A model generated the notes under the pieces. It made no database searches, was not told the DNA's origin, and saw nothing but the letters and a program-made list of their open reading frames with translations. A stretch of 64,000 nt of DNA from Octopus vulgaris. Lineage: Eukaryota. The stretch's first letter is position 1, and the number at the start of each line of letters is the position of its first letter. A program made the position numbers and the translations under genes. Shown here piece by piece: positions 28,601 through 41,051 of the stretch. The stretch is taken from positions 95,666,001 through 95,730,000 of the forward strand of contig OX597820.1 of NCBI GenBank assembly GCA_951406725.2, given 5' to 3'.

Positions 28601-30222
28601 TTACATTTGCGGAAACGTCTAGATGCACACTTCATAGAACAGTTGTGACAGAAGAATTCTTAATTTGCCGTTTGTGCACTTACTTTCACGCGGTTAATTC
28701 ATTTTGATCCTATTCATCTGATGTAATTTTCATTCCGATGTGGGCAAGTGATGCAGTAGATGAAATTTATTGCTTTGGAATTTACATTTACAGTCACTTT
28801 CAATTTCTTTACCCATTCTTGGTTCTTTTGGTTGTTCCTTGTTCAATTCTTTCAGATGTCCCACAACGAGGTTCTCCACAGTTTCTTATCTGCATTTTTG
28901 TCCCCTCGAAGTAAATTTGTGCAAATGGAAAATTAAAAATCTTCCTGTTTTTTTTTATTTTATAAGTGATCAACTACGAAAGGTAACGGAAGACTACTTT
29001 GTGAGAATTCTAAATCCCAAACTAAACCTGAAATAGTCAATACCATTACTAAAACAGCATCCTTTATACGCAATAACACATAATACCTTTTTGAAAAACT
29101 GAATAACGAACACTTATACCCAATAGGAAAACTTTGTTCCAACAGACTCATTTCATTCTGTTTTTCCAAACCAAATTTTAAAATAGTAACTTCTAAGGAA
29201 ATCTATCTTTTAAGAATATTGTGACTATATGAAGTAGTTTTAGCAAACACACACAAACACAGACACACACTCTCACACGTGTGCATGTGTGTGTGCGTAT
29301 GTATATAATACTTTACAGAAGTAAGTTAAAAGTTTACAGTTGACTTTAGCTAAGGATACGGTGACGTTAACAGAATAAATGTAACTCCTCTTGACACTAC
29401 TTATATTAAAGAGTTAAAACCACTTATGTGATGTGGGGAGTGTTTATGTATTATATTTCAGATAGAAATTAGCTTTAGGCTAAATAGTGAGTTTTACCAA
29501 ATTACCTTGATAGTTGTCTTTTTTTTTTTATCAGAGAGTGTATTCTTCTCTTCTTTATAATGTATATTTGCAATATTCTGCGACGTGTGTATTGGATCGT
29601 TAATCGGAGAATAACTTGGTAATTCGTTTACTAATGTTGCTAGATAAAGACTTTAGGTTAAATGATGAATAAATGGAGTGTTTTCCGATATAATGAAGAG
29701 TCTCGCTAGAATTCTTGTACAACCGAATTTAGTTTTAGGGTTGTAGCCAAGAAATTAACTATGTTATTGTTAGAGATCACGATAATTCAATGTTTCTTAA
29801 TATATTAACTAAGTGTAACTTGCTGATGGCTATATTTTATTACGTGATATAATTCATCTGTCAACATGAATCCTAGAACTACTCGGTTAAACCCTGTTCG
29901 AAGAGCATTTAAGACACATAAATTTATTAAATTTATGAAGGAACATAAATATATTAAGGCACATAAATTTATTAAATTATTTATTTAGATCCATCAAGCA
30001 CTCTATTAGGGTGTAATTCTGTATCACACTATGTGTCCCTCAGAGTAAGTAATTAAAAATGAGAAGTAACTTTCTAGTTTGCCCGATCATTTTAATATCC
30101 CTCACGCTAATCGTAGGGTATCCGCTGCCGAAACATTAGTGAGAAAGATTTGATTATGAAGTCCACAATGTAAGTGAAGAAATTTGTCGTTAATTTTGTC
30201 ATGTATGTTATTAAACCAAATT

Positions 30223-30574
30223 GGAGGCGCAATGGCCCAGTGGTTAGGGCAGCGGACTCGCGGTCATAGGATCGCGGTTTCGATTCCCAGACCGGGCGTT
30301 GTGAGTGTTTATTGAGCGAAAACACCTAAAGCTCCACGAGGCTCCGGCAGGGGATGGTGGTGATCCCTGCTGTACTCTTTCACCACAAATTTCTCTCACT
30401 CTTACTTCCTGTTTCTGTTGTACCTGAATATCCCCGAGAACTACGTTAAGGGTACACGTGTCTGTGGAGTGCTCAGCCACTTACACCTTAATTTCACGAG
30501 CAGGCTGTTCCGTTGATTCGGATCAACCGGAACCCTCGTCGTCGTAACCGACGGAGTGCTTCCTTCCCCTTCCC
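30223..30574 (+). mobile_element. tRNA-derived SINE family C (octopus OR1-like)
   Basis: ggaggcgcaatggcccagtggttagggc...ggtttcgattcccag tRNA-like head. TSD taaaccaaatt at 30212-30222 and 30575-30585. Internal deletion relative to the 62257 copy. Confidence 0.85.
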
Positions 30575-31493
30575 TAAACCAAATTAAACCAATTAATGAC
30601 CAAAATTCTATTGTTCTAGCATAAAAGTTTAGTAGTTCCATTTTTATAGTTTTCAATGAGTCTTATATATTTATACTAGACTTGCATCTCTCTCTTTTAT
30701 CAGGGTTAAATAAATAAGTGTTTAAGGTTTGCTAAGAAAATTGTGGTGTGGTCATTTAATATAACATAAGGTTTTAGAATGCTAGGCATTTTACTCTCTT
30801 ATACATATAAGTAGACCAGACGCTAAAGCTTTCATTGCTTTGTGAATTAACATACGAGTATTTGTTTTGTTTTTTAATAATCTTAATAATATCGTAGAAG
30901 TCCTGCGGCTAATCTTGAAGAAATTCTTCGCCAGAGAAAACATTTTTTACACATAGAGGTGAAATACTTCACGTATTTATGAAAAGCACTTTGAACGTCG
31001 TTTTAAGATAATGTTTTTAAGACACAGCTACTTACTTGTTATGTGGGTGTGTACTTGTGCGTATCGTTAATTATTTATCTCCTCCAGTGAATAAGCCCAC
31101 TTGTATGCGTTAGCTGAGAGTTTGCTTGTACTTATGTATGTTCTTCGTGTATGTTTGTATGAATGTGGTGTTTAGGTATGAGTGTAGGAACACATTCATG
31201 CATAAATGTAGTTGTGCATGAAAGCATGAATATATATATATATAAAGATATTGTGAGTGTGCACACATAAAGAAACAAGCATATACGTATGCGTTAATAA
31301 GCATAACCAAACATACATACGTTTCGACAAATGAGCACATACTATATGTGTATACATGTAAACACACACATACGTATTTTTGTGTACGAGCATACATTCA
31401 TACGGATAGGTATATGAACAGATGCACATGTATACACTTATACGTACACATACACTCACACACGCACACACACACATACACGCACACATATAT

Positions 31494-31828
31494 GTGAAGG
31501 CGCATGGCTCAATGGTTAGAGCGTCGAGCTTACGATCGTGAGGTTGTGAGTTCGAATCCCGGACCGAGCTGCGTGTTGCATTCTTGAGCAAGACACTTTA
31601 TTTCACGTTGCTCCAGTTCACTCAGCTGTAGAAATGACTTGCGTCGTCACAGGTGCCAAGCTGTATCGGCCTTTGCCTCTCCTTTGGATAACATTGGTGG
31701 CGTGGAGAGGGGAGGCAGGTATGCATGGGCGACTGCTAGTCTTCCATAAACAACCTTGCCCGGACTTGTGTCTGGGAGGGTAACTTTCTAGGTGCAATCC
31801 CATGGTCAGTCATGACCGAAGGGGGTTT
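31494..31828 (+). mobile_element. CORE-type tRNA SINE with a different 3' tail
   Basis: Head and CORE block as in the 25657 copy, with an unrelated tail ending gtcatgaccgaaggggg. Confidence 0.8.
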
Positions 31829-32847
31829 CAGCATATATATATATATATATATCAAAACAAGAAAGCACAAAAAACACAACAACGCGAGGACGTGGAACAA
31901 ATATAGTATTATTGGACGCTCAGGAAAGAAGGAAAGAAGGAGGGTTTAACGTTTCGGGCGGAGCTCTTCGCCGGAAACATAGAAGGAAAGATCCAGAGAA
32001 GGGAAGACAGAGGAAAAAAAATCGCCAACGGTACACACGAGGTCACATTTTGAAAGTAATATATATATATATTACTTGTATCAGTTATTAGACTGCGGCC
32101 ATGCTGGAGCTCGGCCTTGAAGAATCTTTAGTCGAATAAATCGACTCCAGTACTTATTTGCAGCGTCCCCTTCAACTTACTACAAACCGTGACATTTAAT
32201 GCATAAATGAATATTGAATTCTGTAGTTCAGTAAAGTCGATCCAATATGTTTACAAATATGTAATCATAGAATATGACTATGTAATATCTGTTTTGACGC
32301 AGCGAAACAGCCGGAGTGAAGTTACTAGCATCAACAACAACCAGGCTGCAGAAGCAATGGCATATTCTGGCTCTTTCTTGTTTTTGTTATTCATGAAGAT
32401 ATTTCTGAGTAAAACAGTGTTCATTTGGGAAAATGATCAACAGGTTTACACACACACACACACACACACATACACACACACGCATACAGAGATTCTCTTT
32501 CTCTCTATGTAAGTATGTATGTATGTATCTCTCTCTCTATATATATATTAATTAATTACGTCAAATTCACATCACTCTAATTAAATATTCTAAATGACTT
32601 GACATAATTGTCCTGCATTTGGGTTTTGTTGTCCTTTTTCCTCTAATATATACCTACTAACTCGGAAGCCTACTACGGATCATTACCTCCAGCCTCAGCT
32701 GTGAACTTGGAACCTGACAGATGACCAATTATAGCACTTACACAACGTACCTGTTCGTTTAGATCACCAAAGAACTAAATCCTTCATATGATATATATAT
32801 ATATATATATACATACATACACACACGCAGACACATACACAGACACG

Positions 32848-32884
<37 letters not shown>

Positions 32885-33064
32885 ATATATGTATGTATGT
32901 ATATATATATAAATATAAGCAATGATATGAGAGCTATCGGTATCTAGAAGACCCAAGATGACAGGTAATGCTATGTAACTGCTACGAGATGCCCGTAGTT
33001 AGACTCTCGGTTCGATGATATTACAAGTGAAGAGTCTAGCGCGGGTCTTGTGTGAACATGTATA

Positions 33065-33334
33065 TGTTAAATAAAATGAAACAAGAAAGCCAAGGCTGTG
33101 TGGAATTTCTAAAACATTTATAAAGAGAAAGGTAGCCTTACACCCATTTCTGCGATATTAGGGATATTCCTTCATCAGAGACGATATGAGGGAGTTAACT
33201 ACTGTTTCCCTGATATCGTCTCTGATGAAGAGATATTCTAATATCCCCAAAACAGCTTTAAGTCTAACTTCCTCTTTTTAAATGTCCTATAAATTCCACA
33301 GGGCCTTGGTTTTGTTGTCTCATGTTATTTAACA
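33065..33334. repeat. Imperfect palindrome with a degenerate hammerhead core
   Basis: cttcatcagagacgatat pairs with atatcgtctctgatgaag around the centre at ~33200. The outer arms are ccaaggctgtgtggaattt / aaattccacagggccttgg. Confidence 0.85.
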
Positions 33335-35177
33335 CACACACGCACACACACATACACACACACTAACACACATAACTGCTATCGATTTTTGTTTATTTCT
33401 ATATATGACAAGCTTGTGTACAATTTACAAGTACCAACTTGTACCCTCGTATAGGCACTTGCCGAAGGCGCTACATAAAGAGATGTAATTTACAAGTACG
33501 GGGTTGTGAAGCAAATTACTTAACCACGCAACTATACATCCACACCTTTGTATAATCCAGGTAAGTATTCGGCTATGCTGTGTGTACAACTGTATATAAT
33601 TTCAATAGATCTTTAACCTCTTATTTTCTCTGAAACTGCAATTAATTCATTGAAAGAGCTACAATGTATTCAGTTAAGTGTGTTTAAATCCTATTGATAA
33701 ACCACTGGAATATAAAGCATTAATGTTCTAATAAAAATATTGGAAAAGAAAATGTATGAAATATAATTAGGTGAAACTTCAAACTTCCAATAATCAATTA
33801 AAAAGTAAAAAGAACTACAAGCGTTATTCACAATAGTAATGTTGCTACAAGATTTCCGTTAAAAAGAAGCGGCAAATGAAAGCATTAAAAAAAGTTGGTG
33901 ATTTTTCTATGAAATATTACACAAATAAAATTTAAAACGATAAAAGCAAATAAACAAAAACAAATATACAAAAAACACGTTATCTGCCATGCTGTATTGA
34001 TTTTCGTTTGTATGCAGCACAATTATTAAAACCAAAATTCGTTGACGTGTCTACACAATAGTTTTTTAAAAATAAATATAAATAAGCTGAGAGATATCAG
34101 AGTTTCAAAATAGCAATATATTTTAGAATATACGAATACTTAATTACATATATCGTCTTATTATGCTCTATATTAAAATATGTCACGAATTGTTTTCTAT
34201 TGATTGAAAATAAAACTATTGTTTTGTCAAAGAAATTATATTCGGTATACATGCAATATATTGCTAGTGCTTAGTAGGTGCATTATAGCCTAATAGTTAA
34301 TGTGGAGGGATTCTGATCAGCCTACTAAGAGACTAAAGGTGGACTGACACATTGTTATAATGTGAAGAACTGTGAGCGATTGGCATTTCAGGTAGGTAAG
34401 CAGTTTACTGTGAGTCGTTGATTGAGAGCGTTGAGTATCGTGTAATAGTAATCGTATTGCATCGTGTTAGTACTTTCATTCCCTCTCCTTCGTTAAATTA
34501 TATATCTAACATACAAAGATGTAAAAGGTAAGAACTTTGCATCGCTATCAGGAAATTCAGGTTCAATCCGCTGCATGACATCTTAAGCAATTATATATTT
34601 TTTTATCTAACCACAGCTTGACCCATACTCAGTGAATGAAACTAAGTAGAGAGAGACTTGCAGAAGCCCATCAAGTGGCTTGTACTTGTAAATCAAAAGG
34701 TACAGTCTTGTCACACGTTGTGTCAAGCTACACGTTAATTCAGGAGCAGGTAATTTAGTTGTGCAAACAACTGAATCATCATTGTCGAACGACGAAGATC
34801 CACTACCGTTATTAGAGTTTGTTTGAAGAGGGCTTTATGACTGTTACACTTTAGATATACTTAACTTGTGAACGAAATGGAAGGCATAAACGTTATATTT
34901 AACATAACGAAACATGTTCGAGTGTTACCCTTTAGACATACTTACCTATGAGAAGAAATCGTGAAGATAATCGTTATATTTATCATAATGAAACAGAATT
35001 GAGTGTTACATTTTAAAGACTATTAACCACGGATAAAATGAAATACAATCGCAATATTTCGCATAACGAAACATTGCTATGAAGATCTAAAAAGATATGC
35101 ATCAACACAGAAATAAGAAAAAAAATAAAACTTAACGTGAAACTTTTGCGGATCCATCTATTTAGTATAAATATATT

Positions 35178-35570
35178 ATTTTCTACTCTAGGCACAAGGA
35201 ACGAAATTTAGAGGGAGGGAGCCAGTCGATTAGATCGACCCTTGTACGTAACTGGTACTTAATTCATCGACCTCGAAATAATGAAAGGCAAAGTCGACCG
35301 CGGCCGAATTTGAACTCACAACGTAAAGACAGACGAAATACCTATTTCTTTACTACCCACAAGGAGCTAAACACAGAGGAGAGAAACAAGGACAGACAGG
35401 CGAATTAAGTCGATTATATCGACCCCAGTGCGTAATTGGTACTTAATTTATCGACCCCGAACGGATGGAAGACAAAGTCGACCTCGGCGGAATTTGAACT
35501 CACAACGTAAAGACAGACGAAATATCGCTAAGCATTTCGACCGGCGTGCTAACGATTCTGCCAGCTTGCC
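35178..35570 (-). mobile_element. SINE family B with internal duplication
   Basis: Two copies of aaagtcgacc..cgg..gaatttgaactcacaacgtaaagacagacgaaata. Other family-B fragments lie near 1560-1690, 8385-8510, 12850-13050, 17690-17870, 41460-41790, 50560-50725 and 53450-53638. Confidence 0.78.
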
Positions 35571-36944
35571 ACCCTATTTAATATAAATATATTAGTGATG
35601 AGAAATGCTAAATAGTAGACGTATCGATGTTAAATGCACGCCATAACAAGCTGACTGGAGGCTTCCATGTGATGGTTTGAACTGTTCGAAATAGCAGTAA
35701 AATCTCCAATTTACTAGTTATTATTATAAACATCACGGAAACATTGCATAAATGTAATCTTGGAGTCGTTTGGAATGAGCACCACTGGAACACCCATGCA
35801 TATATATCTAATGGTTCTGGAACAACTTAGCGATAAGCAACAACCTCGAAAGCAGCATGGAAAACTCATCCGTCAATGTATTGAGAACAACCCACACCAG
35901 TGTCGATTTAATCTCTTATCCCTCTGGAGTCGATAAGTATAGATTTGGACTGGAGTTCATTCAATGGAATATTCTTATTTCAAACAAATTTATCGCATTG
36001 TCCTAATGCACGAAATACATATTAAATGATTGATTATCGAGTCGTTAACTGTCAGCTCGTCGGAAACAATATATGTTTTGGGGAAACAGACACAACAAAT
36101 AACTTTTCTATTTATTTAAAGTCAATAAAATATGTACGTGTGTGAGTCAAAACATTATTGCCTACTGAGAAAAATTACTAATACTATCAGAAAAAAAAGT
36201 TGTTTTTTTTTCAAATTAACGGGAGACTGTGCTTCAGCAGAGAACAAAATTAATTTCGTATTCAACAGTTAGTAGAAGAAAACATTCAGAAATCAATTAA
36301 AATGTAAAATCAATTTGTTTTGTCTTTATTTTGATTGGGTGTATTATTTAAATCTAGAAATATATTAGAACCGTTTTGTATGAAGGAAAGACATATGAGA
36401 TACGAATAAAATAAGAAATTTGTTATTAGTAAAACTAATTCGTGTCCTGAATTATTTTATAAGATATTAAACAATTTATTTTGCTCCGAAAAATCATTCC
36501 TGATAATTTAGGTCGAATAATCAAGCATGTTATACGGTTTCATAACAACAACAACAGCAACAACAAATAATGATCAATTGATTTCACCGCTATTATGTTC
36601 GCTAGTAGATTTGCCGTTATAGTAGAACGCTAGATAAGTTATTTCCTTGCAGTATTTAGTAATATCTCACTCCACTCTAATTTGAAATGTTTTCTTGATT
36701 AATTTTCTTTTGTCTTTTTAATTTTGAAGAGAGTGTCCCAATAATGTATTATAAGTTCTTTGATCGACATTCCGCGCCTGTATAATGTTGGTTGAAGCAG
36801 ATTTACTGGACGGTCAACCCTACCAAATAAAATGTGGCAGAACTCCTATTTGGCGGATAGGTGGAGAGTGAACGGTCTCTAGGTATATAGATATGCGATG
36901 GATATGAAAACAAGCCGTTTGAAACGCAAACTGCTCTTTGGCAA

Positions 36945-38075
36945 GGAATAACACACAACAGCCAGGGTCTGACGGAATCTGTGCAGATGTCTGAAATATG
37001 GGGGTAACAAAATGTTTGATCTCTTAAATATATTAATTTGTCAATGTTGGAGAACTGAGAAAGTGCCTCAAGACTGGATTGATGCCATTATAGCCTCCTT
37101 GTATAAATCGAAGCCAAAGGATCTGTGTGGTAATTTTCGTGGGATTTCGCTTTTGTCTGTGGTTGGAAAGATACTTGCCTGCATTTTGTTAGAACGTTTA
37201 AATACCTTCATAGTTCCAAATATAGTGTCTGAGTTTCAGTGTGGTCTTCGTTCTTCCAGGGGCACAGCTGATTGTATCTTTATTATCAGACAATTACAAG
37301 AAAAGTGCATTGAACAGAATCTTGCTCTATACCATTGCTTTGTTGATTTGCGCAAAGCATTCGATACGGTTAATCGAAATGCTCTGTGGCTAATTCTAAG
37401 GAAAATAGGTTGCCCAGAAAAATGTGTAAACATTTGCATCAAGATATGAGAGTTAGAGTTAACTTTGGTGGTAGGCTGCTTGGTGCACCTGCCCTCTTTG
37501 CAATATACTTTGTTGTGTTGTCACATGCTTTTCAAAACTCTGAGGAGAGTATTTACATAAACTATCGAACAACGGAGAATGTTTTTAATCTGACCAGATT
37601 GAAATTCAAAACAAAGGTTTTTATTTCACTTATTAAGGAACTTTTATACGCTAACGATTGCGATTTTGTCAGTCATTCTGAAATAGGTCTGCAATGTCTT
37701 GTATCTGCATTTGACTCAGCTTGTGATGATTTTGGCTTGACCATCAACTTGAAAAAAAAACCCCAGTTGTAATGCATTAACCTGCGTGTGGTGCTGTAAT
37801 CCCACTAAAATTTTTCTTAAGGGTAAGTTACTTGAGGTTGTCGAGTCGTTCATCTAGCTTGGAAGGTCTTACAAAATAATGGAAATCTTGATACAGAAAT
37901 ACAGCTGCGAATTCAAAGGGCAGCTGAAGCATTTCGTGGTTTGGAGCCACGCGTTTGGTGCCAGCGACATATAATTAACAATACAAAGCTGGCTCTTTAC
38001 AAATCATTTGTCTTACCATACGTGTTGTACTCTTGTGAAACATGGACTTGTTATGAAAGACATTTTAAATTGTTA
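36945..38075 (+). mobile_element. RTE (BovB-like) LINE reverse transcriptase remnant
   Basis: NFRGISLLSVVGKILA, QCGLRSSRGTADCIFIIRQLQEKCIEQ, FVDLRKAFDTV and LLYANDC (decayed YADD). Frameshifts and internal deletions are present. Confidence 0.88.
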
Positions 38076-38149
38076 GATGTGAAAGGTAGCGATTGAACAT
38101 ATTACTGGCATACGCTGGACCTCCTCTGAAAGAGAATCTAACTAAAAAC

Positions 38150-38480
38150 TAGTCAAGATAGAATTATTATATTATATTCGTTGTCCATATGCCCCATCAG
38201 TAATGAAAATGTACGCCTGCGGTCCTACGTGCTGTATAAAATCACGTGTTGCAAATATAAGGAATTCTACATAGGAAGTACCATCAGACAGGTTCACATA
38301 GGGGTTAAAGAACACTCCTATGTTAATGCTTCTTCTATCAAAAAACACCTACGGAAATGCCACACACACGCTATTCAGATTTCCATTGCAACTACTGAAA
38401 CATTGAACGCTTGAGAATAAAAGAAACCAGCTTAATTAACAAATGCAAACCACACATTAACAACAGAACCAATCTGAACG
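38150..38480 (+). mobile_element. Penelope-like element GIY-YIG endonuclease remnant
   Basis: VLYKITCCKYKEFYIGSTIRQVHIGVKEH...SSIKKHLRKC followed by LRIKETSLINKCKPHINNR, the typical C-terminus of a PLE GIY-YIG domain. Confidence 0.8.
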
Positions 38481-38796
38481 CAGCTGTTTGGTTACTATAG
38501 CAACAAAAACACACACACATTCAAGCACAAGCACGTACACACGCACACAGATCCACACACATACACACACACACAATACCAGCTCAGAAGACCATTTCTC
38601 TGAAGATTTCCTAAAGAAGGGGTCTTAACTCTGAATATAGATATATAAAATAAAAGTACAAAACATCGACCTGTATTATTTTTTAAAAGCTTGCATTTTT
38701 TCTTTATAAAATATAATTACACACCCACAATCTCTCTCTCCCTCTCTCTGTCTCTCTATCTCATACACACATATGCGCAAACATACATACATATAT

Positions 38797-38840
<44 letters not shown>

Positions 38841-38847
38841 CATGGTA

Positions 38848-39191
38848 CTCAGTCGATCAACGGAACAGCCTGCCCGTGAAATTAACGTGTAAGTGACTAA
38901 GCTCTCCACAGACACGTGTACCCTTAACATAGTTCTCAGGGAGATTCCGCGTAACACAGAGTGTGACAAGGCTGGCTCTTTGAAATACAGGTACAACAGA
39001 AACAGGAAGAAAGAGTGAGAGAAAGTTGGGGCGAAAGAGTACAGCAGAGTTCAACACCACCCCCTGCCGGAGCCTCGTGAAGCTTTAGGTTTTTTTTCGT
39101 TCAATAAACACTCACAGCGCCCAATCTGGGAATCGAAACTGCGATCCTATGAGAGCGAGTCCGCCACCCTAGGCACTCGGCCATTGCGCCT

Positions 39192-39193
<2 letters not shown>
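38848..39193 (-). mobile_element. SINE family C, diverged
   Basis: Colinear with 62257-62639. Confidence 0.82.
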
Positions 39194-39229
<36 letters not shown>

Positions 39230-39353
39230 GCATACACACACACACACACGCATATACACACACACACACACACAGACACACACACACACACATATATATA
39301 AGCAAAAATGCTAGTTCTCTCTAAGACATCAAAGCAGTAGTTGTACTGACGAG

Positions 39354-39906
39354 ATATTCGTAGCCACTTTAACACGGCTGTCCGTTCGAGCGGACTCTAC
39401 TGCAACTTCTTAACATCAAGAAGACATTTCCTTTAGCCGATTAAGGATAAAACTGCGAGCAGCGGAGCGAACTCCTACCATCTGCTAGCGAGGGGACTAT
39501 TAAACCAGTCCCAGTTTCGGGCTATTTCTGCCACTCATCAGTACTGGACACCTCGTGTGCTAGTGATGATAGCACCTGGCCTCTACACGCAATATATATA
39601 TTTCAAGCGAACACACAGTCGCTGATTTTGCATAAGCAAAAATGCTAGTTCTAAAATATCTCCAGGAGATCAACGCAGTAGCGAGTTGCTATCATCTCTA
39701 GCAGACGAGATGTCCAGTACTGAGGAGTAGGACTGGTCTACTGGTCCCGTTGCTAGGAGATGGTAGGGATTCGCTCCCCTGCTCGCAATCATATCGGGTG
39801 CTGCTGTGCATTGTTAACCAGTTAGAAGAGATGTCCTCTTGGCGTTAAAAAAAATCGCAGTAGAGTTCCATCGAACGGACAGCCATGTTAAAGTGGCTAC
39901 GAATAT
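39354..39906. repeat. Long imperfect palindrome (~240-bp arms) with a hammerhead-like core
   Basis: atattcgtagccactttaacacggctgtccgttcga pairs with tcgaacggacagccatgttaaagtggctacgaatat. A direct repeat taagcaaaaatgctagttct occurs at ~39299 and ~39633. Confidence 0.85.
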
Positions 39907-40221
39907 GTCTTATATATATACATATATAAGTATATATGTATATATATATAAGATATAATATATATATAAAGTATATATGTATAAATATAAGATAAATTTT
40001 GTGGATGTACAAGTCTCCATACTCTTTATTATTATTATTATTAATATGTGTCTTCTTCATCTTAAAGAAAAAAAATTGCAACAATCTGTTAGGCGAGATC
40101 TGTAAGGCGGAGATTGATTATACAACTACTATATGCCGGACCTTCTCTGAAGAGGAATCTAATTAAAACAAGTAAAGATAAAATCATCGTAAGTTCGTTG
40201 CCCATCTGATATATATACATA

Positions 40222-40263
<42 letters not shown>

Positions 40264-40294
40264 CATACACACATAAACACACACACACACACAT

Positions 40295-40335
<41 letters not shown>

Positions 40336-40344
40336 CATACATAT

Positions 40345-40424
<80 letters not shown>

Positions 40425-40907
40425 TTATACGTGTTGGAAAATCCCCGGTCAAACTCGATTGTACAGTTATCTGATCAAAGTGACCCTTTCCCTGACCATC
40501 CGTATATTCCAGTGTAGCTTAAGTTATTTAGAGTTATTAAGTTATTATTAAGCTATTTAGAGACACCAGCGTATGATTTAACGGAGGTTTCGTTGGCATT
40601 TCAAGTAATTTAGGTGACCACAGAGGGCTCACACTCCTGTTCAATACACACGTTGTATTGTCGACGAATATAGATAACACACAGTTGAAAGTTATTAAAG
40701 CTTCTCTCCATAGTTATGCCCGCTCATATTTCTCTACAAGGAGACGAACATCACAAGTTTTTTTTTATATTTGCAAATGTTTAAAAAGTAATTTTCAACT
40801 TTCAAAAGAAGGATTTTCGATCTTCTTTTTATTTATCTATTCACACTTGCGCGCGCACTTAAGCATATACACACAAGCACGCACATGCATATGTATATTA
40901 TACTTAC

Positions 40908-41051
40908 ATTCTTTCCAGCATTGGCATTCCACTGAATGCATGACGACCAAAAGATCTAATAAAATTGCCTTTTACTTCTAGCTCAATAAGACGTGGGTTG
41001 TGTATGAAGCTGTGATCTGGTATGTAAATAATATTGTTTGTTTTCAGTTGT
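40908..41051 (-). CDS. LGR5-like: Double-LRR exon (144 bp) of type-B LGR
   Basis: ttgcag| ... |gtaag. Encodes QLKTNNIIYIPDHSFIHNPRLIELEVKGNFIRSFGRHAFSGMPMLER(I), partly visible in ORF 40904..41107. The F-x-x-N-P-x-L-I and G-R-x-A-F motifs are as in LGR4/5/6. Confidence 0.92.

Noticed and set aside
30223-30300. tRNA-like sequences (also at ~25900-25979, 31494-31570 and 62560-62639)
   Set aside because: Heads of multi-copy SINEs followed by SINE bodies and in some cases TSDs, with no proper acceptor stem or terminator; not tRNA genes.
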